From Neoechinorhynchus agilis (lineage: Eukaryota; Animalia; Acanthocephala): a DNA stretch of 64,000 nt. Both the position numbers and the translations under genes were made by a program. The stretch covers positions 11,820,784 through 11,884,783 of the forward strand of contig CM121341.1 of the NCBI GenBank assembly GCA_051530055.1. Reading direction: 5' to 3'. Shown in pieces: positions 63,737 to 64,000 of the stretch (position 1 is the stretch's first letter; each line of letters begins with the position of its first letter). The notes under the pieces are model-generated. The model did no database searches and had not been told where the DNA came from. It saw only the letters and a program-made list of their open reading frames with translations.

Positions 63737-64000
63737 GTTAGTGTTATCGACGGTGTGAGAGATTACGGTAGGGAACGTGTGAATGGACGTGGTTATATGT
63801 GCGCTTTAGGTTGCAAAATCAACGATTGTTAAACGGCAAACACTCACCGATCTCGTCGTGCACGATTATGGCTGCTTTTAGAGAGCTAATTTTCTTTAAA
63901 AATAAATTCTGTGGCGGGAGGGGGTGGTTTCGGCAAAATTAACGCAATACAAAATCAGTATTTTTCTCTTTCTGAAAGGCTTAAAATAAAAATGTCCTGT

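Noticed and set aside
1-64000. CRISPR arrays, tRNA, rRNA or prokaryotic operons
   Set aside because: No regularly spaced repeat-spacer array or recognisable tRNA/rRNA was seen; the genes are spliced eukaryotic genes.

Overview
AT-rich eukaryotic (animal-like) genomic window with compact genes and short introns (about 39-55 nt). Recognisable host genes: NDUFB5 (two copies), a divergent forkhead gene, a damaged PKA regulatory subunit copy, PHF5A, an RNF34/RFFL-like RING gene, COX7C, CHMP2A, COG4, NOS1AP/CAPON-like and the 5' part of WDR33. The 39.3-43.6 kb gene cluster has an inverted copy at 2.4-17.2 kb, interrupted by about 11 kb of TE-rich DNA. Retroelements are abundant: three APE-type LINE families, CRE-like RLE remnants, a Gypsy LTR with pol remnant, and Penelope RT and GIY-YIG pieces. 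The main unexplained signal is a set of small fold-back insertions (135-190 bp) carrying minimal Penelope-type hammerhead ribozyme motifs, in at least three sequence families. They include palindromes with a hammerhead on each strand, U3-A8 compensatory cores, and one intact-looking motif inserted in the PKA-R coding sequence. All alignments and translations were done by eye; boundaries of degraded elements are approximate.
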